Of a stretch of 64,000 bases of DNA, positions 36,156-50,490 are shown piece by piece (the first letter of the stretch is position 1; the number at the start of each line of letters is the position of its first letter). The notes below the pieces were generated by a model, which was not told the DNA's origin, did no database searches, and saw only the letters and a list, made by a program, of their open reading frames with translations. Position numbers and translations under genes: made by a program. Origin of the DNA: Mobula hypostoma (Eukaryota); NCBI RefSeq assembly GCF_963921235.1, contig NC_086097.1, positions 67,644,001-67,708,000 on the forward strand, in the 5' to 3' direction.

Positions 36156-39100
36156 CTAATACACAAGAGCGTGAGTAGATCACTAAGCAAATGAAGGATG
36201 AGCGGAAAAAGAAATGCAAACTTCATCTTGGCCCTCTTCCTCCAGCTTCCTGAACTGAACACACAGTGCTGGAAAAACCTAAAATTAGAGGCTTTCCTAC
36301 TGGCTAATCCTTTGGCCTGAAAATAGAGGAGCAATGATGAGAAGCTTAAGTCTGAACATTATGAAAAGAATGAAAGCAAAGTATAAGCCCTTCAACTGAG
36401 TTTGTCTGTGAGTCAATAGACATGCATCATGCAGGTTGCTTTTGTTGTATTTTGAGCTTACCTTTCAAAATGTTAACAAAGGATTAGTTTCAGTTTGATG
36501 TGGCAGAAATAACATGTGTCCTGCTGTTACATGGGAATGATGTGAAGCTTTGATAGATTGGTATTGGAGCATTTAGTATGCTGCCTCAATCGTGGCTTAA
36601 CTGAGTGAGAGGAAACGCATTGTGGCATCCATAATTTTTCCATATATTTAATATAATGAACAGTCAGTTGCAATTGGCAAACTTCCATAGGCAGTTCAAT
36701 GATTTTGCATTTGTGAACGTGTCCTTAGACTGTTGAAAGCAACATAATCTGTCCGCTAGCTTGAGTCAAGGATTATTTTATTGTATTTGGTTTGTTTTAC
36801 AAAAAGTAGATATTATGTCTAGATATGAAAAAAATCTTGATATTTTCCAGATAGCCCTGCAACCATTTACAAGAGATGGAAGGAAATCTTTGGGATTAAC
36901 CACCTGAATGAACTAGCTTCCCAGATATAATTTTAATCAAATTTCTTTTAATCTTATTAGCTTGAAATGAGGGCATAGTAGCAATTTATTCAAGGTATAT
37001 TAATTTAGCACTGATGTAACATCTTAATACTCCAATACGATGCCTTGGATTTCCTGCTATTTTTAGCTAGCCGAACATAAGAGGCAAGATGAAAGTATAG
37101 TAAAGACATTCCGAAGTCTCGCAAAGATACTGACATTATGGCATTATCCACTTCCAGAATTTTCTACCGAATATGACAATTGGTATTGAATACAATTAAA
37201 ATGGACATTCTGATATGTAAAGTTCAATGCTGGAATATGTACCCTGTCATAGTTCTCATCATCAAGCCTTTGTAAAGCTAGATGACAGCTATGTCATGTT
37301 GTTACTATTGTACATCATTCTCAAGGTTGCTGGGGGTTAATAATTAAAATACTACCTTGCCAGGTGCACTTAATTGCAGGAGGCAATAGGTTTATTTTAT
37401 TATCACATTTCAGGGTTTTTTCTTGCTGAAACAGTGTACAGAGCAGCACATGTTACAGCTGATGAGTTCTCTCTTAAAACCTAGGATGAATGATCACAAA
37501 AACCTGACCTCAATAATCTGCTGGAAACAGCATTTAAGGAAACTGACAGGTAGAAATCCAACAGTGACCCCACTGCCTGCACTAAGCCTCTCCCTGCTGC
37601 TGGAGCTGCATTGATTTCAGGTACGATTTCCGGCTCCGACATGCTCTCCAAGGAAAGCACTGACAGCCTCAGGACTGTGCACGTTTACAAGAGAGGAACC
37701 ATAACTAAAAGGGATAAAATAGCATGAGAGAAAAATACTTTTTACAGGTCTTCCACAGGTTACAAATGTTCAAAGTATATGCAGCCACATCTGGGAGACA
37801 GGCAAAATGGATTTGCTGTCTGCTGTGGAGCTGTGTGGGAACTTGCTTCACAGCAATATTATTGCATCTCGCAGAGAAATACGAATGGTTAAATTAAACA
37901 TCCTGATTTAACAACATGATGCCCTTGGTTGACTTGTTTTTTTATTCAAATAAATTGCTGGGGACATGGGGTAGGGCATTTCCCACTTGCAAATTGTTCG
38001 CAAGAAGGAGGGAAACCCTGTAGTAACCTGAAATAACAAAATAACCAGGAATTGTTTTACAAATCACATACTTTGGTGTAATTCATTGCTGACTTGTGAC
38101 AAAAGGCATATTTTGAAACAAAAATCTTGCAGGATAAGAGCAAAGCAAGCACTGTCTGAGTGTCAGTGAGATATAAATGTACAAGTTCTTCCAGTTAAGT
38201 CCTGGGACTAATAAAAAAAAATAGAAAAAGGATGAAGATCCTCAACAGTCAGGCAGCATCTGTAGAGACAAGAACAAGCTGATGATTTTTCATTATAAAA
38301 TGTAAGAGTGTGTTTATGTCAAAGAGAAGAAGAGGGGTGAGAGAACAAAGAACGTCTTCGAATATTTTTTTTATTTTTTTTAAGTCCTTAGATACTAATC
38401 TAGAGTTGGTCTATGTTTTGCAACTTGCAATCTTCTACAATACCTAATTTCTTTATGAATCATTATGCTGGAATGAAATGTGAGCTAGAAACAAGCTTAG
38501 AGCTCATCATATTAAGTGAACTGCATTTGAATTACAAAGTAATCTTTTACTGTATGTTTGAACTAAAAGACTGTCATTTACTTGAGTCTATAGGAACAGG
38601 ATTTGATTTTTGATTTTCTCCCACTCTACAGATGTGCAGCAATAAGAGTTTCTGTTTGTCATCTATCATTACTTGGAATGAAATGCTGTGGAGGATTTTG
38701 AGTCCCAACGCTGCTAAAGAAATAGAGAAAGTGCTTACACTGTTTCTTGATATCGTATGGAGTGAATCAAATTAGCCGGAAGCTGCCTTCTACAATGCTG
38801 GGGATAACAGAAAGAAGCTGAGCTGCACCATCTATTTGATACTTCTGCTGAGCAGAGCTGTGAATACTTCAATATTTTCCTTAATATTCACATGATATAC
38901 CTCATCATTTTTGAGACTATATTCTTCTTCCATTATCTACTTAATTGGAGAGCAGTTTAGGCACTGTAATTGATTATATTTAAACCAAAGGGAGGTTAGT
39001 TCTGGGATATTAAAGGAATCACAGGATATGGGAATATGTGGGAAAATAGCTTTGAGGTAGAATATCAGTTGGAATTTTCTGGAAAGGCAGAGGAGCTGAG

Positions 39101-39364
39101 AGGTCTACTCACATTCTCATTTCTTATATACGTATGGCCTTGTGGGGAATAGCAGAACTTTGAGCTTCTGATGATATTTCTAAGATGGCAATCTCTATGA
39201 CTTGTCACCATCATATTGTTTAGGGTGGTCGATGGTGCAGGGTGGACGAGCTGCTTGAGCTGCTGAGCGGTGCCTGTAAATCTGGTGGATTGGGAAGTAT
39301 ATGGTGGAGTTGGAAGTGAACTGGATTTCCATCAGAACTCTGAAGCACTCCAATATGACCTTGA

Positions 39365-39590
39365 TATTCTTTCACTGACATATGTTGTGAAATTTGTTGT
39401 TTTGTGGCAGTGGTGAAATGCAATTATGTACATAAAATGTACTGTAAATTGTAATAAGAAATCTGATAGTGGAGAAGGAGAAGCTATTCCTAAAACGTTG
39501 TGTGTGTGTCTTTGGGCTCCAGTGCTTCCTCCCTGATGGTAGTAATAAAGAGGGCATGTCCTGGGCGGTGGAAGTCCTTAGTGATGCTGA
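39365..39590 (-). mobile_element. Rex1/Babar-type 3' end fragment
   Basis: LLPSGRKHWSPKTHTQRFRNSF. Confidence 0.75.
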
Positions 39591-41804
39591 AGACAAACAG
39601 ACTAAACTAACAGATACTGTATAACAATAAGGCCAGGATTTATCAGAGACCACTGTGGCATCTACAAAGTATCTACTTTGACAGGGAGATGCATTTACAT
39701 TGCTTAGTCAGAGTGTAAACTTCTCTCTCCATAGATGCTGCCTGATCTGCTGAGAATTTTCAGCATGTTTTAAGTTAAATTTTTAGCAGTGTTGTATTTT
39801 TGGATGAGTCAGTAATGATGCCATCAATTGTGAAAAACATCTTGCACTGTTTTCTAGAAATGTTAAAATGCTATCCGTAGAGGAAGGTGATTTCAGGCCA
39901 TAGTTTTTATCTTTTACTATTTCCTTTTGGGGCGGATATTGAAGTCTGCCAGTGAAGACTTCAGAACCTACTTTTGCTTACTTCTTACATTTGTTGCACT
40001 AGAGATAACAAAAGGAGGGAACGATGGGGCTATGGAAAGAATTGATCATTTCTATGTTTAAACATACCACGACTGACAGCTGTGCCTTCAGTTTAACCAG
40101 ATGCCAATGTCAGTCAGCAAACACAGAAGTCATATATGATCAGGACTTTTCCACAACCTGGAATGTTTTGTCTGAGCTCGGTTTAAAATTAACAAAGGCA
40201 TGCGTAAGCTTTTCAGCAGCAAACAGTCCTAGTAATGGTAAAGATATGTGCCCACACTTTATCATTGTGGTTGCATACAGCACAGTTTCACTGAGGTAGG
40301 GGAGTACAAGTGGAACATGAATGTAATGGCTTCATCATTCCCAATATTTAATCTGGGAAATTGCTGCTCATTCTTGGCAGATGAACAATGTGTAATTTAA
40401 TGGGGTTGAAAAGGGGGCTAGTGAGGTAGAGCTGGGTGTTTTCATATGGAAGCTATATTTTCAGATAGCAATGCAATTTCACAGGGGCCACAAATGGACC
40501 CCAAAGAAACAATGAAGGAATGTTGTTGGCGTGAGAAGAGTAGTTTTTACCTGACCGTGAATGGATCAATAAGAATGAAACTAGTCTAGCAAGATCTCAT
40601 CAAAATTGAAAAGAATGGAAATGTACCATAGGAGGATAATGTGATCAACTTCGTCAAATGCTTTAGACGGGTTATGAACTAGAGGAGAGAGATTACATTT
40701 GTCACAATAGCACTGGATATCATCAGTGATTTTGTTCAGTGGAATGGTAGGTAGATAAATGATTGAAGTGATATGAACCAGCAGCTTCAACGAAGATGTG
40801 CATGTATTTAGAGGATCCACAACATCCACGGATAATAATTTTGGAAAGATGGAGTGATAAGGGATGGTTATTTAAGAAGACAATCTCTCAGAAGAAACAG
40901 CGTGAATGTAGGATCAGAAATGCATTATAGGGTTGAATAGGATGTTAAATTGAAAATTGGTAAAATATTTAGGTTTTTTACAATCTTGAGCTTATTGCAT
41001 TCATTCATTAATGACAGCTTTTAATTACCAGAATTAAAACAAAAGAAATAATTAAAATACTTAAACATGTATTACACCTAATACTTAAACAAACACTTAA
41101 ACATCTGCAAACTCTGGAATCAAACCCCCATTATGCTATCCATTGGCAGATGCTGGGACTGGAGAGATGAGTGGAACTATTGCATAAAAGGCTTCACTCA
41201 TCTTCTGCTGCCTGCCCAACCTCACAATACCAATACTGAGTTGTCCTGCACACTCAGAGACTATTGGGAGAATAGTCCATTACCCTGTGGTACCTGTATG
41301 CTTTTTTTCTCCTTATCTCTCCAACTGATCTATAATACCATTCCGGATAAAGAATGTTGCCAGATTTCAGCCAGTCACATGAGGTGTAAGCGTTTAAGAA
41401 TTGCTAACAGCAGTCATCTCAAAGCTGACAACCTCTAGTATTCTGCTGAAGTCAAATGGGCTAGGGGCATCATTGTCAAAAGAGTTCACTTCAATCTGCC
41501 ATTATTGTCTTACGTGCCTTATCAGCATTTAGAAGATTTATTGTGGTTTCTTTCAAAGGAGATTTTAGAATGTTTTGCCATTATATAAGGGTTTGCTAAA
41601 TTATTTGACCAATCTTTCACATACAATAAAGAGAATGTAGAAGGGTGATGGAGAGAGTTGTTTTGCAGTACAGATACTGTTAAAATGTGGAGAGTCTTCC
41701 TGTTGGTTTTCAAGTTAATTAGTTAAATATGTTACGGTAAGCAGTGAGTGAATAATTGTTCCCAGGCCTCTCAGGTTCTTGTGTTGACAGCGGATGCCTC
41801 ATTG

Positions 41805-42910
41805 AATCATAGAGCACTACGCCAGAAAAATAGTCCCTTCGATCCATCTAATCCATAATGGCCTGGTTTTCTGCCTAGACCATCTACCTGTACCTGGACC
41901 ACCATATCCCTTCACATCTCCTCATTCATGTACCTATTAAAATTTCTCTTAAATGTTACAATTAAATCTGCATCCCCCACTTTCACTCACAGCTCATTCC
42001 ATACTCACACCACCCTCTGAGTGAAGAAGATCCCCCTCAGGTTCCTCCTAAATATTTCACTGTATACCCTAGATTTATGACCTCTAGTTCTAGTCTCACC
42101 CAAACTGAGGTGAAAAGGCCTGAATACATTGACCTTTTCTATATCCCTCACAATAAATATCTGTGCAGTTCTAGTTATAACATTCCAAATCTGGCCTCAC
42201 CAATGACTTTCACAACTTCAACCTAACATCTCAGGTCCTGGCCTCTTATTTCTCACCTGCCTATCACCTCCCCCTGGGTCCCCTCCTTCTTCCCTTTCTC
42301 CTAAGGCCCACTCTCCCTCTCCTATCAAATTTCTTCTTCTCCAGCCCTTGACCTTTCTCACCTACCTGGCTTCACATCATCCTCCATCCAGCCTCCTTCC
42401 TCTCCCACCCCCCAGCTTTTTATTCTGGCAGCTTCCCCCTTCCTTTTCAGTCCTGAAGAAGGGTCTCCGCCCGAAATATTGACTGTTTTTTAATTTCCAT
42501 AGATGCTGCCTGACCTTCTGAGTTCTTCCAGCATTTTGCTACTCTGGATTTCCAGCACTTGTAGAATTTCTTGTATTTATCTCAACTGCTGAACCCAATG
42601 CCCTGACTAATGAAGGCCAATGTGCCAAATGCACTCTTTGCCACCCTATATACAAGTGTTGCTACTTTCAGGGAACTTTGGATCTATATTCCCAGGTTAC
42701 ATTGTTCTACTTGCACATCTCAATGTCCCACCATTCATCCTACCCTGGTTTGTCCTCCCAAAGTGCAACAACCTGTTTACATTCAACTTCACTTGTCATT
42801 TTCAGCTATTTTCCTGGCTGATCATTTCACAAGCTTTCTCAATGTCCATCACTCCCCAGATCTTGCAAATCTGTTGATCTAAATTACCATATTATCATTT
42901 AAATCATTAA
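41805..42910 (-). mobile_element. CR1 LINE 3' fragment interrupted by a PLE pseudo-LTR
   Basis: CR1-type tail at about 41805 and CACCACCCTCTGAGTGAAGAAG (FFTQRVV reversed). Confidence 0.8.
42240..42578 (+). mobile_element. PLE pseudo-LTR (older subfamily) with hammerhead motif at 42448-42485
   Basis: CAGTC CTGAAGA AGGGTCTCCGCCC GAAA TATT GACTG followed by ATAGATGCTGCCTGACC and the tail. Confidence 0.8.
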
Positions 42911-43099
42911 CATAGACAAAAAGCAACATCTGTTGTATAGCAAAACTGTAAGCAAGAACTTGACCCCTCTTCCCCATTCTGGTTCTCTCCACTTTCAGTG
43001 AAGATTTCTTTGTTGTGTTCCATTTTATCCAACACCAACTCTCATTTTATAGTAATGTGATCTGCGTTATCCATAGCATAATATAAAATTGGTAAAATC

Positions 43100-43625
43100 G
43101 TAGATGATTAGAAGCTTGTCCAAAGATACAGAGGAACAGAAGCCAATTGGAAATTTGGGCAGTGATTGGAGTCAGATAGAATTTAATTCAGTCAAGTGTG
43201 AGATAGTTCACGTTGGGAAGTCAAATTCCAGTAGGACATATGGGGTAATTGGCAGGGACAATAAAGGTGTTCATGGCATAGGGATGCTATTTTGCAGTTG
43301 AACAAAACATTGGTTAGATTGAACTTAGAGTATTGTGTACAGTTAACATCAGTAGCCTTCAGAAAGACTGGTAGCAATACAGAGGAGATAAACCAGGATG
43401 CTACCTGAAATAGTGAGCTGTAGTTATAAGAAAAGTTTGGATAGGCAGGGTTTAGTTTCACTCAGATGTCAGAGGCTGAGTGGCAAGTTTTTCATACAAA
43501 AGGTGGTGAATATCTGGAACAAACTACCAGAAGAGGTGGTGGAAGAGATACAGTTATAATATTCAACAGGCTTTTTATGCAGATACTTGGATAGAAAGGA
43601 TGTGGAGGGATACAGGTCTACCGCG
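43100..43625 (+). mobile_element. Old CR1 3' fragment
   Basis: QIEFNSVKCEIVHVG and FFIQKVVNIWNKLPEEVV. Confidence 0.75.
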
Positions 43626-45227
43626 GGGATATGTGATTGGATGAGGTAAGAACAAGGAGTCCATTTCTGTGTGGTGCATTTGTATGATTCATCTTGCTTG
43701 GAGTCCCATCAAGGCACTGGACCAGCAGCTTCAAGATACTGATGATAATACTGTGTTCATTCACTTTCGGACTGATCCAATGATCTTTATTTTTGTGCAC
43801 TGCTTAGATGTCAATACATTGTGAAGGAATTGCCTAATGCAGATATAGAAGGGGTAACTCTGCCCTCCCTTAATAACTCCCCTGACATCACAGGATGAGA
43901 GTATCACTAGTGGACACTGATGAGTACTTTCTGGTTACTTTTTCCTCTTGTCCTCTGATAACTGCATGTGTGCCTGTCAATGATGCCCTCTACAAAAGGC
44001 AACTGCTTCAAGACCCAGAAAATAAGGTATACACCAATTGGTACTGATTAAAACTATAGCTTAGTACAAGTTAACACTGATGAACTTTTTTACCACAGTT
44101 GTATCTATAGGTTTCAGTAACATCTCCCAGAACAACCAAAAAGAGACTGGGGAAGAATTGTTTTCGAGTATGGATGGTGCCTATAAGCTGTACAGTTCTA
44201 TGAAACTTGGCCTATAGATTCTATGGACTAGGAAAAATCTTCAGTAAGCAACACTCCACTACCAACTATCACCTTCCGTGCTCTAACAGATCCAAGTGCT
44301 GCTATGTCTGCTTACACAGAATACTAATATCACTCCTCCTCCAAGATAAAGTCCTTCTGTACTAAGTATAGAAGCAAAGAAGTCACCCATGATAAGCTCA
44401 AAATACTAATCCATTGCAAGCCTAGCAAACAAATCAGGTAGTAATAATTTCCAAGACCATAAGTTTTTACAACCTAAATAATCCAAATATTTGAAAGCAA
44501 TTGCTCTTTTAAACAATCTTACCATTATATCAGTACGTTTATAAAACGAATCCAGTGAGGCTTCACAGACTGGGTTAGCAACTATTCCGTACAGTTAAAA
44601 CCTATTCCATAGAGTTAAAATCACAATCCTAAAAGCATGATGTTCTCTGGCAATCTTATACTCAAATCTTAGTTGGTTGTACTGTTAAAATTCTATAAAC
44701 TGTCAGGTTGGATGAAATTAAAATTTGGTTCTGATATATCAAAAAGCTATATATGTTGCCATATAAGATAACATTTTTATTCTAAAGCTATTGGAAATAT
44801 AGAGATTAATGATCAATAAGAGATAAAAGTGAAGAAAACAAAAAATAACACATTTTTAATTGTTCAAATGCCAGCTAACCAAGAAAACATATTCAAATTA
44901 TATCTAACTTTTCACTGATCTACTTAGCTACATCAATTAAAATGGCAAACAAAAGCACATTTAATTGAAAGTTAAAATGCTTTCTGGTAAAAATATTTCC
45001 ATAAAATTAAGTCAGCACAAATATAAAAAGAAATTTTCTCTTTCCAATCAAGAACACACTGCATTTCACTCTGATTTGAAAGAAATGTTCCAATATCTAA
45101 ATGAAAGACCCACAGCTGAAGAAAATAAATTACAAATTGTAACACATCGTACGTTCAACCATAAGCTGTATGGATTTCTGGCAACTGAAATTTAATCATT
45201 GCAAAAGATGATTAAACAGTTATTTAC

Positions 45228-45343
45228 CTTATAGCCTGATGATTTGATATGAACTCCCCGCTTGGTCAATGTTGACTTCATTCTGATAAAAAATGATCGT
45301 TCCAAGGTATTGTCAATATTCAGTAAAGTCGGGCTAGTGGATT
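45228..45343 (-). CDS. npas3: NPAS3 coding exon (end of PAS-A region; probably equivalent to mammalian exon 7), 116 bp
   Basis: Translates (E)[44 protein letters not shown]...[10 protein letters not shown] is NPAS3-type rather than NPAS1-type (FFVRMK...GLHVKASGYK). Acceptor ...CCCACTCTAG| (phase 1) and donor AAG|GTAAAT (phase 0). Confidence 0.96.
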
Positions 45344-47174
45344 CTAGAGTGGGATTTAAAGAAAATATTAATGTTAAGATTTTGTTTGTAAATACTTGGA
45401 ATTTCTCCTGCAATTAATGTTTCTGTCACCACTCCCTGCAGTAAAGAAGATGTCGACTGGATTTTCTGTTAAATGCATAAAAATTGTATATTTAACTGAC
45501 CAATCAATAAATTTGAAAAAATGCCCCGAAAGAAAGATGAGTGTTATATAAAAAGGATTAGAACATATTTAGGTTGCACAATGAATTCTTCATATAGATT
45601 AGTGTCATGATGACACTACTTTCCTGATGGAAAGCTTAATTTCTCAATCGTAATATTTCTCTTTGGCGATAAAATATTATAGCTGTAACAGAAATTAGTC
45701 AATATGTACCATGTAATATCACAAGTTTAAAAGATAGTTTACAATAAGCCAGATATGTACTGACATATTCATACAATAAGTAGTAATAATTTGCCGTGGT
45801 TGATTTTTGATGACAACTGCAATAATTTTTATATCAAACAGGTCATATATGAGATGTCAATTAAAAATATTAAGGACGATGCACTTTTTACTTAAGTATG
45901 GAAAGTTTGTTGTGGAATCTCAGAAGAATTCGAAGATTATTTTTATTCTGTAATGCTATATTATTCCCCAGATTGTCTTTTTGAAATTTTTTGTTTTAAC
46001 AAGTCAGTCATTTTGATTTTCAGAAATCTGAATAATTTCCCCTTATTCAAAACTAAACTGGTGCAATGCTAAAAATTTAGTGCTTTCACTTCCACTGATT
46101 AAAAAATGAATTACCATAAAATTCTTCTCATCATCTAACATACTATAATGTGCCAACAGCTTTTTAATTTTATTTCATACAGCCTGTAATGCACTATCCA
46201 GGCAGAAACTTCAACTGTAAGAGTCTAATTCATCCCTCTAATCCAATCACATCAACCTTATTTTTCTTATCAGAGATTCTCATTTTGAATTAAATGAGCT
46301 CATTAGTTTTAATCAAAGCCAGAAAGATCAAAACTTACACTTAAATGCTTCAGATCAGAACTGTCACTCAGCCGTGTAGTTCTATTTTATGAAAGCATAA
46401 GATCAGAGCCCTTGGAGCTGTATTTTTTTCCAAGGAATGCTTATAGTATGAAAATGGCAGATATCTTTGGAATTAAATCAGCTCTTCCCATTTTGGCATG
46501 TAGAAAGCTCAGCGACCTATCGAGCAAAGCTACAGCATTGGTGCGTCAGTGAGAGTTGAGAATTAATGACTTCTACTTCTGAAACGGGAGTATCCAGTGA
46601 TTAGCCAATATTAAACCGAGAGGAAGACTTACAATATTTATTCAATTACAGTGAAAACATAAATATGGGTCTTATTCCTGCATGTGCTGTTCATGATGAA
46701 CTCTTAGTTCTCCTCTGCTCTTTGGCCATGCTAGAGACTAGCTGCATATGCCTCTGCTGCTTGCTGCAGTTCAACAATCTGCCAACATTACCTAGCACAG
46801 TTTTCTGTGTTGTACTAGATCTTGTTTTGATTTTGCTTGCACTCTTTTACAAGTGAAATTGTTTTGGGAATTCCCACTGGCGGTGAAATCTTGGAGTGAA
46901 GCAGCATCACCGAAAGTTGCTAGAGCACCAAATAACCGCACAAACACAAAACATCCATATCTGTCCAAACCAACGTAGTGTGGAGCTTTGTGCTTCAATT
47001 TATGACCATCATGGAACAGTTTCATTCAAACGAAGAGCACGTCATGAAAGTTTGGTGATTTATGCACTTTTGGACACTGTCCATATCAGAACATCTGATA
47101 ACTCAATGTCTCACTTTGTCCTTCAGGAGAGAAAATCTGCCATCCTTCATGATTTTCATCATGAAGTAATATAA

Positions 47175-49500
47175 TTGACTCTCACCTGCCCTTTGAAATG
47201 GCCAGCTGAGCTACTCAGTTGTACTGTAACCATCATGTCACAACAGAAAAATGATTAACTAAGTGGATCACATGGCCCTGAACTAACTTTGATTCATAAT
47301 ATTTCTCCCCGCCCTGTCAACCCTGCAGAGTCCCCCCATATGGAGACCATTGTCCGAAGTGAGTGAGCTGTCCTACGGATTAGTCAAGCAACAGTCTGAC
47401 ACAGACATATTCATAGAACCAATCTGCTAGACTGAGCAGGAGAATAGATCCAACAGGGAAGAAAGCACAGTGGTATACTGTACATGTGGGAGGGAACAGG
47501 ACTGGGAATCATCAACATTGATTCCAGATCTGATAACATCTCAAGACATAAGGTCAAATATGAACAAGAATGTCTCCTCCTACTTACCTCCTGTCATTTT
47601 CCCTCAGCAGTAGAACCAGAGCTTTTCAGGTTGAGCAAAGCACTGAAACAAGTCAAAACTCTGAATGTAATTTTGCCGGGAAGCTCTAATGATCATCACC
47701 ATGGGAAGTCATTAATTGGCCAAGCTGACTCAGTCCTGAAAGACGTAGCATCTAGACTTGGTCTGCAGAAAGTAATGAGTGAACCTACGAGAAGGATAAA
47801 CCAGTCTGACCTCATTTTCACCTGGTCCATAACAACATTCTTAGGAGTGACCAGCCCACAGTAGTGTGAAGACAAAGTTGCATATCATATTGAGGATCCC
47901 TTCTATTATCCTGCATGAAATGCTGATTGTGCCAAATGGAATGGATTTACAGCAGATCTGGCAGTTCAGATCTGGGCATCTATGAGCTGTTGAAGACCAC
48001 CTGCAACAGCAGACACCACCACACTCTATAAACGTGTGGTCCAGCAGATCCATTCTTCTATGGTTATAAACAAGAAAGGGAAAAGGCCCTGGGTTCAATG
48101 ACCTCTGCAGAAAGGATTGATAATGAACACCAGCTGTTGGTGAAGCTAAAACAGCAACAACAGCATGAAATAGTCAAAGCTAATCAATCCACAATCAAAT
48201 TACCAAATCAAGTTCTGCAGTTCTACCACAATTAGTAGGCAATATCACTCCCATGAGCAATGCACAGGCATGTGAGCACATGGCTGTGCATTTGTAATCA
48301 CACTCACCTAAATATGTGGATGATTTATATTGGCTTCCTTCTCATACCATCACCAGCATTGCCAATTTTATTATCTACTTGATATCATGGTGGGATAAGA
48401 ACACAGTTCACCAGATGTTTTGGTGCAAGATAACATCCAAGTTGTAGTACTGATGCCCTCTCACTACTAACTGTGCCTCTAGGTAAACAGTGAAAAACTG
48501 CTCTGATAGATCCTGTTCTGTCCATCCCCCCAAAGACAACCAAATCAGTCTATTCTCAGCCATCAGGTAAGCTATGTGTTATCAATAGTGCCATCAGGAA
48601 ACAGTTACTAATTATCTACTCCCTGACACCCAGGAACAGTTTGATCAGGAACCACTTGGTTCCAGACGTTATCACAACCTTGGTCCAGATATGAAACAAA
48701 TAGCTTATTTCTAGAGGTGAGGCAAGCGTGACTGTCCTTGACATCATGGCAACATTGACTCAATATGGCATTAAGGAACTTTGGTAAAATTTAATTTAAT
48801 GGCCCTACCTTGCATTAAGGAAGCTGGACAAGGTTGGTGAAGATCAATCATTCTCGGGTCTAGGGTATCACTGCAGGAATTCCTCAAGGCAGTGTATTTG
48901 GCTCATATGCTGTTACCTTGATCTTCATGTTTATTATGATCTTCTTTCATTTGTAAGGTCAAAAATGGGGATGTTTACCGATGACTGAGCAAAGTTCAAA
49001 TCCTCAGCAAATGAAGCAAGCCATGCAGCAAATCCCAGTTAATGTTCATGCCTGGACTGCACCATAAAAATGCCAAACCATAATTATCTGAAGTAAGAGA
49101 AAGTCTAACAATCTACTTTGATTTGCAATGCTATTATTTTACCCCACACCCCCCACCATCAACATCCTGCAGGTCACTAATTAATAGAAAGTCAACTGGA
49201 CCAACTAAATAAAACTGTGTCTACAAGGGTGTTGTATGGGGAGTGATTCACCTCCTGACACGAGACCTTCCACCATCTACAAGACACAAGTCAAGAGTGT
49301 AATGGAGTACTTTCCATTGCTTGAATGTGTTTTGCTACATTTCTCAAGACAACTGACACCTTCCAGAAGGAAGAATGCACCTTATCTTGCACAGTTAACA
49401 TACATTCCTTTAGCATTACTGCACCATGGCTACAATGTGTACTGTCTACAAAATGTACAGTAATAACTAGCAAAGACTATTCTCAGCCACCAAGAAGGAC
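47175..49500 (+). mobile_element. Ancient, heavily decayed CR1/L2-group LINE
   Basis: Remnants EPTRRINQSDLIFT (APE), VTVLDIMA, ITAGIPQGSV.G, MFTDD and STIYKTQVKSVMEY. Confidence 0.65.
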
Positions 49501-49529
49501 AAGAGGAGACTCGGTTATTTTTCACTGGC

Positions 49530-50490
49530 GTGGGGGAGGTTAAGAGGATGTGATTGAGCTGTATAAAATGATGAAGGGTATAGATAGGGTAGAAAGCAAG
49601 AATATTTGCACCTTATTAGAGGAGAATAAAGCTAGAAGACAAAAATTTAAGATATTCAGAGGGTCCTTTTTGCACAGCAGTACTGATACCTGGAATATGT
49701 TGCTGCTGAGTAGAGATATTTCGACAAGCACTTAAATTGCATCAGCATTGAATACAATGGGCCAAGTGCTGGATGATGGGATTAATATGGATGTGTATAA
49801 GGAGTGTTTGATGGTTCTGGACCTGTAATCACTGGAGTTTAGAAGAAGGGGGGGGTGGATCTCATTGAAACCTATTGAATATTGGAAGGAGTAGATAGAG
49901 TTCATGTGGAGAGAGCATGTTTCTTATGGTTGGGGACCAGAGGGCACAGCCTCAGAATCGTGGGATGTTCATTTACATCAGAGATGAGGAGGAATTTTGT
50001 TTAGTGTTGGGCACGTGGCCAAGTGGTTAAGTCGTTCGTCTAGTGATCTGAGGGTTGCTAGTTCGAGCCTCAACTGTGGCAGTGTGTTTGTGTCCTTGAG
50101 CACGGCACTTAACCACACATTGCTCTAGTGTCTGTGTGAGGAGTGGCGTCCCACACAGACTCCCAATCTGCACCTTGTAAGACATGAAAATGCCCGACGC
50201 AGGCCCCTCACGGTCTGAGCTGATGTTCCACCCCTCCCCTTTTTTAGCCAGTGAGTAGTGAATCAGTGGTATTCCTTGCCACAGCAACTATGCAGCCCAA
50301 GTCATTGGGTATATTTAAAGTAGAGGTTGATAGGTCCTTGATTTCTCAGGGTATCAAAGGTTACAGGGAGAAGGCAGGAGAATGGGGTTGAGTGAGATAA
50401 TAAATCAGCCATGATGGAATGGAATGTTAGAGTAGACTCGATGGGCCAAATGGCCCAATTCTGTTCCTATATCTAATGCTGTTATAGTCT
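49530..50490 (+). mobile_element. Two adjacent CR1 3' ends, the second interrupted by a SINE
   Basis: DVIELYKMMKGIDRV and DLIETY.ILEGVDRV motifs; CR1 3' UTR GACTCGATGGGCCAAATGGCC. Confidence 0.8.
50006..50240 (+). mobile_element. Full-length tRNA-derived SINE with CORE/Meta-like central domain
   Basis: A box TGGCCAAGTGG (50016-50026), B box AGTTCGAGCC (50060-50069) and GTGTCCTTGAGCACGGCACTTAACC. Short TTTAG-type duplication in the host CR1. Confidence 0.85.

Noticed and set aside
50006..50085. tRNA gene
   Set aside because: No complete cloverleaf; it continues into a SINE body and sits inside a CR1.
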